Made by a program: the position numbers and the translations under genes. From contig CAYNPN010000001.1 in assembly GCA_964399085.1 (NCBI GenBank), positions 43,468 through 107,467 of the forward strand: DNA of 64,000 nucleotides. Direction: 5' to 3'. Position 1 is the first letter of the stretch; every line of letters starts with the position of its first letter. Origin of the DNA: Candidatus Hadarchaeota archaeon. GTDB lineage: Archaea; Hadarchaeota; Hadarchaeia; Hadarchaeales; JAGGTB01. This document shows positions 53,033-62,677 of this stretch, piece by piece. The notes under the pieces were generated by a model. The model was given only the letters and a program-made list of their open reading frames with translations, made no database searches and was not told the origin of the DNA.

Positions 53033-54230
53033 AAGTCCCGACCTGAAACAAAGTTTGGGGTTTATAAATTTCCAGTAGAGTAGTCGAGAGTATCTTTTTT
53101 ATGTGGAGAATTCCTCATAGGTGTTCGTGTACGGAACGTACTCGTCCTCCAAAGCTGCCTTTGCAAAGGTCAGGAGCTTCTCCTTGACCCTTCGCACGTA
53201 GTTCGCCGCCATCGTGAAGTCCCTCCCTTCGGCTCTCTCCACCCACCGGTCGATTTCCTCGCGGAACCAGCCTATTCGATCATTCAACCTTTCGGTATCT
53301 TCGTCCCGCCAGAACTTCTCGACCGAGTTCTGGAGAGTTTGAAGGCGTGACTTCAAAATCCGACGCATCTTCTTCCTGAAGTTCTTCGGTGCGTCCTCCT
53401 TCCACAGACAGTAATCCACGTACTTTACCGCGTGAAAGTGGCAGATCTGGATCCCCTTCGCGTCTTCAAAAGCGTCGTTTATCTCCCGATCGGAATCGCA
53501 AACGACGAACACGTTCGACAAATCCAGTGTTTTTTCAAGCTCTTTCCGGATTTCAGACCATTCCTCGTTCACGCCGGCGGATAAGAGCGAATATTCGTCC
53601 TCTTCCGTATTATAACCGAGAACTAGGTGCAGGTAGTTGAAAGGTTCCTCTCCCTGATTATGCACCTTCGTCTCATCGACCAGAATCACGTCCACGTCAC
53701 CTCTCGGCTCGGCGTCGATCTCCAAGTCCTGGACACGCCTCCAAAGCGTGGACTTGCTCAGGTTCGAGTGCGACAGTTCTTTAACGGTCTCAACCGCTTT
53801 CCGATAGCTTAGTTTGGAGATCTGCTCGATCGATTCGAGCGAAACATCCTCAAGGATGATTTTCCTCTTGGGCATGTTTAGAACCTTTTCCGCTGGAGCG
53901 AACACTTCACCTGTTTCTTTATCTCTAACCCTAGTTAAGTTCAGGTCGAGGGTCTCGACACTCGTCTTGAAAGTTCTCGACTTCAAACAGTGTCTCTGAT
54001 ACCTCGTCCTCTCGTACTCTTCACCGCACAGCTCTTCCACCCGGTCTTTCTCGACATCACGGATCACCTTCTCGACAATCTCCTTCTCCAAACCCTTCAC
54101 TTGATCGATCAAACCCACCAAATTCAGGTTTTCATGTTGAATGTTGATTTTTATCGTTGTTTTTTTCATTATACCACCTATACTATTTTTAAAGGGAGGA
54201 ATTACAAAACTCCAACTAGTCCTGGGACAC
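53033..54230 (-). mobile_element. DDE-transposase IS element; approximate ends taken from imperfect terminal inverted repeats
   Basis: Left agtttggggtttataaatttcc (53051-53073) compares with the reverse complement of the right end, agttggagttttgtaattcc (54196-54218). Both ends are preceded by gtccc. Confidence 0.45.
53099..54169 (-). CDS. DDE transposase (ISL3/IS256-like motif pattern; family uncertain)
   Basis: VILVDETKV, VVCDSDREINDAF and IQICHFHAVKY. 356 aa. Confidence 0.75.
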   Translation of the reverse strand: MKKTTIKINIQHENLNLVGLIDQVKGLEKEIVEKVIRDVEKDRVEELCGEEYERTRYQRHCLKSRTFKTSVETLDLNLTRVRDKETGEVFAPAEKVLNMPKRKIILEDVSLESIEQISKLSYRKAVETVKELSHSNLSKSTLWRRVQDLEIDAEPRGDVDVILVDETKVHNQGEEPFNYLHLVLGYNTEEDEYSLLSAGVNEEWSEIRKELEKTLDLSNVFVVCDSDREINDAFEDAKGIQICHFHAVKYVDYCLWKEDAPKNFRKKMRRILKSRLQTLQNSVEKFWRDEDTERLNDRIGWFREEIDRWVERAEGRDFTMAANYVRRVKEKLLTFAKAALEDEYVPYTNTYEEFST

Positions 54231-54246
54231 TACCAAAAAATTGTGT

Positions 54247-54296
54247 CGGATTCATCACCCATCCCATCCACGATTGGGAAGGTGTCTTCTCCGACA
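54247..54296 (-). repeat. Solo left-end fragment of the IS200/IS605 element
   Basis: Its reverse complement ggagaagacaccttcccaatcgtggatgggatgggtgatgaatccga aligns with 44139-44183. Confidence 0.7.
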
Positions 54297-54322
54297 AAAG
54301 AGATAATTTTGTAAGGTATCAC

Positions 54323-54826
54323 ATGAAAGATGAAAAAATTCCGGATGTCGTTAAGAAATGCTATGAAAAACTCCCCCATTTCTCCGATGGGAGGGTTGAT
54401 TATTCGGCGGCTGACGTGTCTCCCACTCTAATTTCTTTCTTGAAGTGTGGAAATGAAATTCTTATACTAAAGAGAAGCGAAAAGGTCGGAACGTATCGGA
54501 ATAGGTGGAGCGTAATCGCCGGCTATCTGGACGAGTTAAAACCAGTTGGTGAGAAAGTCAAGGAGGAAGTGAAGGAAGAAACAGGAGTAGAAGATGAAAA
54601 GATATCTTCAATCGAATTGGGCGATTCTTTCCGATTTGAGGGCGAAAAAACCACTTGGGTTCCCCATCCTGCCTTAGTAGAGGTAGAAGATAAACCGGAG
54701 ATAGATTTGAACTGGGAACATACGGATTATAAATGGGTAAAAAAGGATGAGATAGATGACTATCTTTCTCGACATCTCCTGAAAGGGCTTGAAAAGGTTT
54801 TGCCTGACCATAATCCCTCCGGATAG
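54323..54826 (+). CDS. NUDIX hydrolase
   Basis: True start ATG 54323 (MKDEKIPDVV). Nudix-box-like GYLDELKPVGEKVKEEVKEETGV. The track extension from 53990 is antisense to the transposase. Confidence 0.75.
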   Translation: MKDEKIPDVVKKCYEKLPHFSDGRVDYSAADVSPTLISFLKCGNEILILKRSEKVGTYRNRWSVIAGYLDELKPVGEKVKEEVKEETGVEDEKISSIELGDSFRFEGEKTTWVPHPALVEVEDKPEIDLNWEHTDYKWVKKDEIDDYLSRHLLKGLEKVLPDHNPSG

Positions 54827-54926
54827 ATGATTCTTCTCGTCCTTCATTCCTGCCAAGAAATAAAAAGCATAAAAGAGTGCTTCGTTCGTGTGAAAAGGAC
54901 TCGAGAATCATGTATAGGGAATTACT

Positions 54927-57164
54927 ATGAAGACCAAACTTTACATCAACGGATTGCCGGAAAACTCCCGGCCGGGAAATATCTTAGGAGCTATAGCTAA
55001 TCAGGCGAAGATAGACGGAGAAAACGTCGGAAATATAGACATTAAAGGATCGATAGCTACCGTTTCCGTGTCGGGAGATGTGGCGGGTGAGGTGGTCGAA
55101 CAGCTGAATAATGTCTCAGGAGAATCCGTTTCAGTAAGGAAGGCAGATTCCGGTAAGAGAGATGTACATTTTTTGGAGCTTGCAAGGTTGGTTGAAATTG
55201 AAAGGGAGGAAGAGATGAGGAGGCACGAGGAGGAGATAAAGAGGCTTTCGGGCTACGAGAGGGAGAAGAAAGGACGGGCGATTCTCCATCTGAAAGGAAA
55301 GGACGATGGGACCGGACTAGGTGGCAAGGATTTGATAAAATTTGTCAGGCGAAAACAGGGAGAAGAGCTCCCGGAGAACGAGATAAGCGTCGGAGATCTT
55401 GTGATGCTTTCTAAAAAGGATCCTCTTCGCGATGATAACCCGACCGGAACTGTTGCGAGAAAGACCAACTATTCTATCACTGTTGCCTTTGACAAGAAAC
55501 CTCCCGGATTCCTCTATGGAAAAGGGATAAGATGCGATTTGTACGTGAACGATATTACTTATCAGCGCCAGTTGGAAGCTCTATCGGAAGCGGACAAGGC
55601 AGAGGATACCAGGCTCGGGGAGCTGGTCGATAAGTTCTTGGGAATCGAGAAAATTGAGTTTGGAGATAATAAGGAGAGCGTGGACTTTCTCAATGAGAAC
55701 TTGAACCGATCTCAGAAAAAAGCCGTCGAGAAGGCCTTATCGGCAGAGGATTTCTTTCTGATTCATGGTCCCCCCGGGACGGGTAAAACGGTTACCTCTG
55801 TAGAGATAGCTAGACAACTGATAGGGCGGGGAGAAAAGGTTCTATGCACAGCTGATTCAAATACGGCCGTCGATAACCTGGTGGAGTGGTTGGCTGACAG
55901 GGGCGAGAAAGTAGTAAGAATCGGACACCCCGCGAGAGTAACCCCAACGCTCAGGAGTCATACCCTGGACGAGATTGTTCAGCAGAACGAGAAATATCAA
56001 AAGAGTCAGGAGTTGAGAGATAAGGCCATGGATTTGGTGGACAAGCAAGACGAGCTTACGCATCCCGGTGGGAGGTGGCGGAGGGGCATGAGTGATGAGA
56101 GAATAAAGTCGCTGGCCAAAAAAGGAAAAGGTTCGAGAGGCGTTTCTCCCTCTCGGATCAAAGAAATGGCCTCTTGGCTGGAGATTCAAGAAAATATCGA
56201 CGAGTTGTTTGAGAAAATAGAGAGGCTTGAAGAGGAGGCCGTCGATGAGATTATTGGATGGGCAGACGTAGTGTGTGCCACAAACTCGGGCTGTGGTTCG
56301 GAGCTTATGTCCGATAGACGTTTCGATTCACTCGTTATAGATGAGGCCACCCAAGCTACCGAACCGAGCTGCTGGATTCCGATTACTATATGCGATAGAG
56401 TCGTCATGGCGGGAGATCATAAACAGTTGCCGCCAACTATTCTAAGCGAGGAGGCACAGGAGCTCAATAAAACGCTCTTTCAATCATTGGTCGAGGAGTA
56501 TGGGGATAAAATTGGAAGCGTTCTGAGAGTTCAATATAGAATGCACGAAAAGATCATGAATTTCTCCAATCAGGAATTTTACGATGGAGTGCTGAAAGCG
56601 GATACCTCGGTAGCAAATCATACACTTGGGGACCTGATAGACCAGGAGATTGGTTTCGATTCTCATGAGATCCTCGAAGATACATTAGCTCCTGAGCCGC
56701 CTATCGTCTTCTTGGATACGGTACAGACCGAGGCGGGAGAAAGGACCAGAAAGGGATCTACATCAAAGGAGAATCCAAAGGAAGCGGAGTTAGTTTCCTT
56801 TCTTGCGTCCAAGCTTCTAGAATTGGGTTTGAAGCCGACGAATATCGCGGTTATCACGCCCTACGATGATCAAGTAGACCTAATTAGTAGGAAGATAGAC
56901 TCGGAAGATTTAGAAATAGATACTGTCGATGGTTTTCAGGGGAGGGAAAAGGAAGTTATTTTACTCTCCTTTGTTCGGAGCAACGAGGAGAATAATGTAG
57001 GATTTCTGGAAGATGTTAGGAGACTAAATGTCTCATTGACCAGAGCCAAAAGGAAGTTGGTCATTATTGGGGACAGCTCGACGATCGAGGCCCACGAAAC
57101 TTACTCAAACCTACTAGATTACATTTCCTGTAACGGTAAAATTCTGAAATTGTCGACGACCTGA
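54927..57164 (+). CDS. Superfamily-1 (Upf1/IGHMBP2-like) helicase with an N-terminal DbpA-like RNA-binding domain
   Basis: Walker A IHGPPGTGKT, Walker B VIDEATQ, GDHKQLPPT, VDGFQGREKEVILLS and RRLNVSLTRAK. Confidence 0.88.
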   Translation: MKTKLYINGLPENSRPGNILGAIANQAKIDGENVGNIDIKGSIATVSVSGDVAGEVVEQLNNVSGESVSVRKADSGKRDVHFLELARLVEIEREEEMRRHEEEIKRLSGYEREKKGRAILHLKGKDDGTGLGGKDLIKFVRRKQGEELPENEISVGDLVMLSKKDPLRDDNPTGTVARKTNYSITVAFDKKPPGFLYGKGIRCDLYVNDITYQRQLEALSEADKAEDTRLGELVDKFLGIEKIEFGDNKESVDFLNENLNRSQKKAVEKALSAEDFFLIHGPPGTGKTVTSVEIARQLIGRGEKVLCTADSNTAVDNLVEWLADRGEKVVRIGHPARVTPTLRSHTLDEIVQQNEKYQKSQELRDKAMDLVDKQDELTHPGGRWRRGMSDERIKSLAKKGKGSRGVSPSRIKEMASWLEIQENIDELFEKIERLEEEAVDEIIGWADVVCATNSGCGSELMSDRRFDSLVIDEATQATEPSCWIPITICDRVVMAGDHKQLPPTILSEEAQELNKTLFQSLVEEYGDKIGSVLRVQYRMHEKIMNFSNQEFYDGVLKADTSVANHTLGDLIDQEIGFDSHEILEDTLAPEPPIVFLDTVQTEAGERTRKGSTSKENPKEAELVSFLASKLLELGLKPTNIAVITPYDDQVDLISRKIDSEDLEIDTVDGFQGREKEVILLSFVRSNEENNVGFLEDVRRLNVSLTRAKRKLVIIGDSSTIEAHETYSNLLDYISCNGKILKLSTT

Positions 57165-57294
57165 TTCCTGGAAATAGATTTTCAAAACCATCAGTGAACC
57201 TTCAAAAAGATGTAAAAAAAGTGAGAAGGTTAATTCCTAGGAACCCAGCTAGGGTAAGAGAAAGTTTAAAGACGAAATTTTCGAGCCGGTCCCT

Positions 57295-58287
57295 ATGCTT
57301 GAAAGAATTCTGAAGACGATTCGTTCCGAAAGGCCCGATAGACCCCCGGTAATTCCTTTCGTGATGCAATATGCCGCTAAAGTCGCCGGGATTGACTACC
57401 GAGATTACTGCAAAGATGGGGATGCTATGGCAAAATCCCAGCTAGAGTGCCTTAGGGAGTTTGGTTACGATGCTGCCAACGTTTCCAGCGACGCCCATCG
57501 CCTGGCCGATGCGCTGGGCGGAAAACTTGATTTTCCGAAAAACGGTGTTCCACGGGTAACCGAGCAACCAATAAAATCCGAGGAAGATTTGGAGAAGGCA
57601 TCCGTCCCCGATCCAAGGGAGGCGGAAAGATGTCTCGAGAGGCTCAGGGCGATCGAGAGGATAAAGGAAGAGGGCCCCGATATACCAGTAATTGGGTGGA
57701 TTGAAGGAGCATTATCCGATGCCAGCTCAATATATGGAGTTAAGGAAACCCTGATAGATTTTAAGAAAAATAAGGATTTTCTGGAAGACCTATTTGAGTT
57801 TGTTATGGAATTCGATCTGGAGTTTGCAAAGGCCCAGATTGAGGCTGGAGCAGATATAATTGGCGCGGGTGATTCGTTAGCTTCTCAAGTTTCCGCTTCC
57901 AACTTTAAGAAATCCGTAAAATATACCAGCGAAATCTTTGAGAAAATAGATACACCCGCTTTGTATCATGTCTGTGGAGATACTACCCACCAACTGGAGA
58001 ATCTAAGAAATTCGGAGGCCGATATTGTCGATCTCGACTGGCAGGTCGACCTTGCAGAGGCTAGGGAAAAATTCGGTCAGGAGATTTGTATCCGGGGGAA
58101 TATAAACCCCAGCTTCCTGGTAAGTAAGAACCCGGATGAAATAGAAGACCTATGTTTACAGGCCATTGAGAAAGCAGGAAAAAATGGAAGTTTCATTTTG
58201 AGTGCGGGGTGTGAAATCCCCCCCGACACTAAGAGGGGAAATCTAGAGACTATGATAAGTACTGCAAAGAATTATGCCTATAGCTAG
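57295..58287 (+). CDS. Uroporphyrinogen-decarboxylase-family protein (MtaA/CmuA-like methyltransferase fold)
   Basis: PDRPPVIPFVMQYAAKVAG ... HVCGDT ... a URO-D family pattern. 330 aa. The substrate is not inferable. Confidence 0.7.
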   Translation: MLERILKTIRSERPDRPPVIPFVMQYAAKVAGIDYRDYCKDGDAMAKSQLECLREFGYDAANVSSDAHRLADALGGKLDFPKNGVPRVTEQPIKSEEDLEKASVPDPREAERCLERLRAIERIKEEGPDIPVIGWIEGALSDASSIYGVKETLIDFKKNKDFLEDLFEFVMEFDLEFAKAQIEAGADIIGAGDSLASQVSASNFKKSVKYTSEIFEKIDTPALYHVCGDTTHQLENLRNSEADIVDLDWQVDLAEAREKFGQEICIRGNINPSFLVSKNPDEIEDLCLQAIEKAGKNGSFILSAGCEIPPDTKRGNLETMISTAKNYAYS

Positions 58288-58314
58288 GAGGTCATTTCAA
58301 AATATTTTTCTCAT

Positions 58315-58569
58315 CTACTCCTCTTCGGATTCTTCTTCGGTCTTGAACCGAAATATTAGGAATATAATGAGAAGTACAATGGAAATTCCCAAGAAAAGGG
58401 CTCCTCTCTCCAGATATGAACCACTCGCTAGTAATGAAAGAGCGGGAATCGGGGCAAAACGGTTATTCCAAAACCCGTTATTCCCCTCGGCACCGAGCAA
58501 ATTTTCTCCTTTAGAATAAGATTCATTTCCATTCGGATTTGAAATGTTTTTTTGAAGATAATCTTTCAT
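58315..58569 (-). CDS. Small protein with a C-terminal TM segment and an acidic tail
   Basis: An ORF only. It has a hydrophobic stretch (ALFLGISIVLLIIFLIF). I recognised no homology. Confidence 0.3.
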   Translation of the reverse strand: MKDYLQKNISNPNGNESYSKGENLLGAEGNNGFWNNRFAPIPALSLLASGSYLERGALFLGISIVLLIIFLIFRFKTEEESEEE

Positions 58570-58683
58570 GTTAATAATTTGGTTAATTATCCCTCCTTAA
58601 AAAGGATATTACTGATTCTTGACCTCGAAGTCCAAGAAGGTTTATTTCCGCGGAGGCACGAAATAGATTTGAGAAGGTTAAAA

Positions 58684-59733
58684 ATGGGTAATAAAGAGAC
58701 AAGTGAAAGAGTTACCGAAAGCATATTTGGAACCATCGGAGACACGCCCCTGGTGAAGCTAAACGGAATTTCGGAGAGCGAAGGAATTGAGCCTTCAATA
58801 CTTGGTAAATTGGAGATGTTCAATCCAACGGGTAGCTTAAAGGACCGAATTTTCTATGAGATGATTACACGAGCGATTGACGAGGGGGAGTTGGAGCCCG
58901 GAATGAAGATTATAGAAGCGTCTACCGGAAATGCAGGAATTGCCTGTTCTTTCGTCGGGGGACACCTCGGTTATGATGTGACGATCGTGATGCCGGAGGG
59001 AATGAGTAAGGAGAGAGTGAAAATTATGGAGGCCTATGGTGCAAATGTTGTATTTACTCCTGGTGGCGAAAGCGACGTGGACCTCTCGTTGGAAAGAGTG
59101 GAGGAAATAGTTGAAGAAAATCCGGGAGAATACTGGCACGCAAGTCAATACGATAATCCGGCGAATGTCGAGGCCCACTACAAGACGACCGGGACCGAAA
59201 TATGGGATCAGACCGATGGAGAAGTGGATGCGTTTCTAGCTACTCAGGGAACCGGCGGTACTCTTACTGGGGTGGGTCGGTATCTGAGGGACAAAAACCC
59301 CGACGTGAGGCTGTATGCGGGAGAGCCATCCGAGGCCCCTATGTTGTCCAAGAGGGAGTGGGGATCCCACAGGATTGAGGGAATCGGAGACGGATTCGTC
59401 CCCAAAAATCTGGATCTTGCCCAGCTCACCGGAATATTTCTGACATCTTCCGAAGAAGCCATCGAGATGTCGAAGAGGCTGGCCGAGGAAGAAGGAATTT
59501 TTTGCGGGATATCCTCCGGGAGCAATGTGGCTGGAGCAGTTAAGCTCGCCCGCGAACATCCCGAACTCGACTTTATAGTTACCATGATCAATGACACGGG
59601 CCAAAGGTATTATTCGACGCCGTTGTGTGGAGTTGACAAGGAATTAGAAGTTCCGGATCGAGAACATCCGATAGACGAATATACCAAGAAGCAGCTCGAT
59701 AAGTATCAGGAAGGCTGGGAAATAATTGAGTGA
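58684..59733 (+). CDS. cysK: PLP-dependent cysteine synthase / cystathionine-beta-synthase family
   Basis: True start ATG 58684 (MGNKETSERV). PLP-lysine motif NPTGSLKDR. GTGGTLTG loop. Confidence 0.82.
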   Translation: MGNKETSERVTESIFGTIGDTPLVKLNGISESEGIEPSILGKLEMFNPTGSLKDRIFYEMITRAIDEGELEPGMKIIEASTGNAGIACSFVGGHLGYDVTIVMPEGMSKERVKIMEAYGANVVFTPGGESDVDLSLERVEEIVEENPGEYWHASQYDNPANVEAHYKTTGTEIWDQTDGEVDAFLATQGTGGTLTGVGRYLRDKNPDVRLYAGEPSEAPMLSKREWGSHRIEGIGDGFVPKNLDLAQLTGIFLTSSEEAIEMSKRLAEEEGIFCGISSGSNVAGAVKLAREHPELDFIVTMINDTGQRYYSTPLCGVDKELEVPDREHPIDEYTKKQLDKYQEGWEIIE

Positions 59734-59737
59734 TTTT

Positions 59738-61102
59738 TTAGTTACTCCCTTCCTTTTTCATTATCCCCCTAGCGGCGAGAATACCGGTCGCGCTGGCGTT
59801 CACTATGTCTCTGGATAGCCCGGCTCCATCTCCCGCGACGAAGAGATTCTCCAAACCCGTTTCCATTTTCTCGTCTACTCCAATCCTCATCGCGTAGAGC
59901 TTTACCTCGGGGGCGTAGAGGAGGGTCGAGTTGGATGCTACTCCCGGGATGACTTTATCAAGTTGATCGAGACCTTCTTGGAGGTTGGTAACGATTCTTC
60001 CCGGCAGTGCCATCGAAATGTCTCCCGGAGTTACGCTTCTGAGGGTAGGATCCACGTGCCCCCTCTTCACCCGACTCGTTGTGGATCTCTGTCCATTTCG
60101 GAGGTCTCCAAGTCTCTGCACTACTGGTCTCCCCCCTCCTATGGTAGTGGCTAGATTGCCTATAGAACCCCCATAGGCCGTGGTATCCGTAACCGGTTCC
60201 GTAAGAGTGACGCGGGACAGAAATGCGAAATTGGTATTTTCGGATTTTTTCGATTTAAAGGAATGCCCGTTTACTCCCACATGATTATCGTACTTCTCCT
60301 CCACCACGAAACCCTCGTGATTAGTACAGAAAGTCCGGACGAAGTCGTCGAAAGACTTAGTTCTTATGTGGAATTTAGGATCTCTACTGACTTCGATAAC
60401 CGGTTCCATGACTATGGACGGTATTTCCACCCTTACACCCACGTCTATGGCTCCATGAGAGATTTCCAAGCCCAATTTTTGCGCCTGTTCTGCGAGCCAT
60501 ACTGCTCCGGACCTTCCCGGCGCCGCAAGCGTGTATTTAGACTCCAATTTTTCTCCGTCGACGACGATTCCGTCTTCTTCAATTTCCTGAACATCGGATT
60601 TAAGTTGAAATTCGACGCCTTTCTCCTCCAGTTCATTTTTAAACGATGTAATTAGATCGGGCAGATTTTCGGAGCCTATGTGTCTTTGCCTGACGGGTAT
60701 AAATTTTACATCCGCGGCCGCGGCCTTTCGAGCCAATTCTTCGGTCTTGTCGGTCTCCTTTCCATAAATTTTCTCGGAGGCGCCATGCTCGATGAAAACT
60801 GAGTCGATATAATCAATTAGATTGAATGCTTCCTGTCTGCTCACAAATTGAGTTAAATCTCCTCCAATTCGGGGACTGAGGTTTAGAGTTCCGTCGGACA
60901 TTCCACCGGTTCCACCTAACCCTTGCATGACATCACAAGGGTTACATTCGATGCATTCCCCGGTCTCCGTGGCTGGGCAGCTTCTCTCTTTAATTGGCTT
61001 TCCTCTTTCGATTACTTTTATGGATAGATTTGAATTATCAGCTAGTTTCTTTGCTGCGAATAGTCCGGCCGGCCCGGCACCAAAAATGATAACTTCGGTC
61101 AA
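59738..61102 (-). CDS. FAD-dependent protein (COG2509-like NAD(FAD)-utilising dehydrogenase)
   Basis: Dinucleotide fold VIIFGAGPAGLFAAKKL. C-terminal FVAGDGAG. TTG start. Confidence 0.75.
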   Translation of the reverse strand: MTEVIIFGAGPAGLFAAKKLADNSNLSIKVIERGKPIKERSCPATETGECIECNPCDVMQGLGGTGGMSDGTLNLSPRIGGDLTQFVSRQEAFNLIDYIDSVFIEHGASEKIYGKETDKTEELARKAAAADVKFIPVRQRHIGSENLPDLITSFKNELEEKGVEFQLKSDVQEIEEDGIVVDGEKLESKYTLAAPGRSGAVWLAEQAQKLGLEISHGAIDVGVRVEIPSIVMEPVIEVSRDPKFHIRTKSFDDFVRTFCTNHEGFVVEEKYDNHVGVNGHSFKSKKSENTNFAFLSRVTLTEPVTDTTAYGGSIGNLATTIGGGRPVVQRLGDLRNGQRSTTSRVKRGHVDPTLRSVTPGDISMALPGRIVTNLQEGLDQLDKVIPGVASNSTLLYAPEVKLYAMRIGVDEKMETGLENLFVAGDGAGLSRDIVNASATGILAARGIMKKEGSN

Positions 61103-61185
61103 AGTTAACCCCTCCCCCTAAATACTGATGCCCCTATAAAAAATTTATCGACTAATTTTCATTTTCTTAAAAATCCTAACATGCC

Positions 61186-61687
61186 TCATTTTTCCGCTTG
61201 ATTTCCTTCTTTCTGGTTTTTATAAATCGTAGCTTTCTCCTGAACTTTTTTTAATTCTTTAGTCTTTTCTAAAGTTTCTTCTGTTATTTCTCCCTTTATC
61301 TCCCCAGGCATCCCCGTGACAAAACTTTCTGAAGGTATCTCTTTTCCCGGAACCACCGTTCCGGCACCAATTAGACAATTCTCACCGATTTTAGCGTTAT
61401 CGAATATTATCCAGTTTATATCCATGGAGTATCGCTCCGGGGCTTATTAGCACGTTTTTTCCTATCTTTACGTCAATTCCTTCTGGAGCTTCTAGAAATG
61501 CTTTGTCCATAATAGCCGAATTTTCCTCTATTTCTACAAATCCTTCATCTGCTCTGATTGCTGTTCCTGGCCAGACACTACAGTAATCTCCTAGTCTTAC
61601 ATCCCCTATAACGATAGCATTTTCATCTACAAAGGCCGTTTTGGAAATATCAGGGGATTTTCCTTCAAATGAACGAATATTATCCAT
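61186..61687 (-). pseudogene. Gamma-carbonic-anhydrase-like / hexapeptide-repeat protein split by one frameshift
   Basis: ORFs 61397..61687 (...ISPGAILHGYKLDNIR*) and 61186..61425 (MDINWIIFDNAKIGENCLIGAGTVVPGKEIP...) overlap by 29 nt. Together they read as one continuous left-handed beta-helix protein if a 1-nt shift is made near 61400-61420. Confidence 0.7.
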
Positions 61688-61753
61688 TTAAACCTCTATT
61701 CTCCTTCCGGAATTTATAGAGGTTCCTTAAAAAAATATAAAGGGATGAAATCT

Positions 61754-62527
61754 CTACCCTTTTAGATTTTTGAGCTTCCCCAAAAAGGTACCGTCGATGA
61801 GGTATATTTCTGCTTCTTCCAAGTCTATTGCCCCGGCTTTAAATAAAGGCCCCAAAAATTTTTCCGGAATACCCCGGTTTATAGAGCTCCCTCCAACGAT
61901 TTTGCTAAATGCCGGAATTATCATTATTTCCGGCCCGTTCTCTACAGCTATATCCCTCAGATTATCGGGCAAGTTTTCAACTTTGAGGCCCGTCTTTACC
62001 CAAGCCGGCTCAGTTGCCCTCCCTCCGAGTTCGTCTTTAAATCCAATCATGGGATGGTTATGCCCCATAATAATGGTTTCAGCTTTCAGCAGATTCGGTT
62101 CCGGCCAAGCATGTCCGTGTAGTAATCCTACTTTGCCACCTCCTACGGTGGTACCCCCCGCCTCGTGCAAAGTAACATCTCTCGGTATCAATCCCTCGAT
62201 ATCTCCATCGTGATTCCCGGGGACAATCTCAACTTGGACTACCTTGCTAAGCTCGGAAAAGAAATCCGGCAAGTTTTCCCACTCTTGCCAGCTCGTGATG
62301 GGGATGTTATGCTTAACATCTCCCAGCATGAATAGTCGGTCCGCTTCTTCATTTTCTATAATTTCCAGTAATTTTTCCTCGACTTCGGGGATGCGGGAGG
62401 GAATTTCAATGCCTTTATCGGATAAGTCTGCGGCTATTCCTAGGTGAAGATCGGCAACTGCAAGGGATACCTCCCCATCCACTTCAATTTTGAGCGCGTG
62501 AGTATGTGGTATTGGTGATATGTTCAT
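61754..62527 (-). CDS. Calcineurin-like metallophosphoesterase
   Basis: VADLHLG, MLGDVKHN, PGNHDG, LLHGHAWP and MGHNHP. Confidence 0.85.
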   Translation of the reverse strand: MNISPIPHTHALKIEVDGEVSLAVADLHLGIAADLSDKGIEIPSRIPEVEEKLLEIIENEEADRLFMLGDVKHNIPITSWQEWENLPDFFSELSKVVQVEIVPGNHDGDIEGLIPRDVTLHEAGGTTVGGGKVGLLHGHAWPEPNLLKAETIIMGHNHPMIGFKDELGGRATEPAWVKTGLKVENLPDNLRDIAVENGPEIMIIPAFSKIVGGSSINRGIPEKFLGPLFKAGAIDLEEAEIYLIDGTFLGKLKNLKG

Positions 62528-62577
62528 TTTGTTTCCTAACGTGAGATTAGTTTGTAAATGTTAAGCCATCTTTCCAT

Positions 62578-62604
62578 ATTTTTTGTTACACCCATAACAA
62601 AAAT
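62578..62604. repeat. Palindrome copy 4 (spacer inverted): attttttgttaCACCCAtaacaaaaat
   Basis: The same arms as copies 1-3 at 24.8-25.5 kb. It lies in the 150-nt gap between two minus-strand genes. Confidence 0.9.
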
Positions 62605-62677
62605 ACATATTAGGATACAATTTTCCCTTATCAGTCAAAATCCATTTCTAAAATTCGATTATCTGAAGATACTGGGG

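Noticed and set aside
53069-53088. tttccagtagagtagtcgag resembles the A2 arm ttttccagtagtcacc
   Set aside because: Only ~9 contiguous nt are shared (ttccagtag). The segment lies inside the terminal repeat of the DDE IS and has no matching core CTRCAAGA. It is probably a chance match.
53990-54322. N-terminal 111 codons of track ORF 53990..54826
   Set aside because: They are antisense to the transposase gene and cross the IS end and the IS605 fragment. The NUDIX homology starts at ATG 54323.
58552-58683. N-terminal 44 codons of track ORF 58552..59733
   Set aside because: There is no homology. The cysteine-synthase sequence starts at ATG 58684 (MGNKETSERV...GDTPLV).
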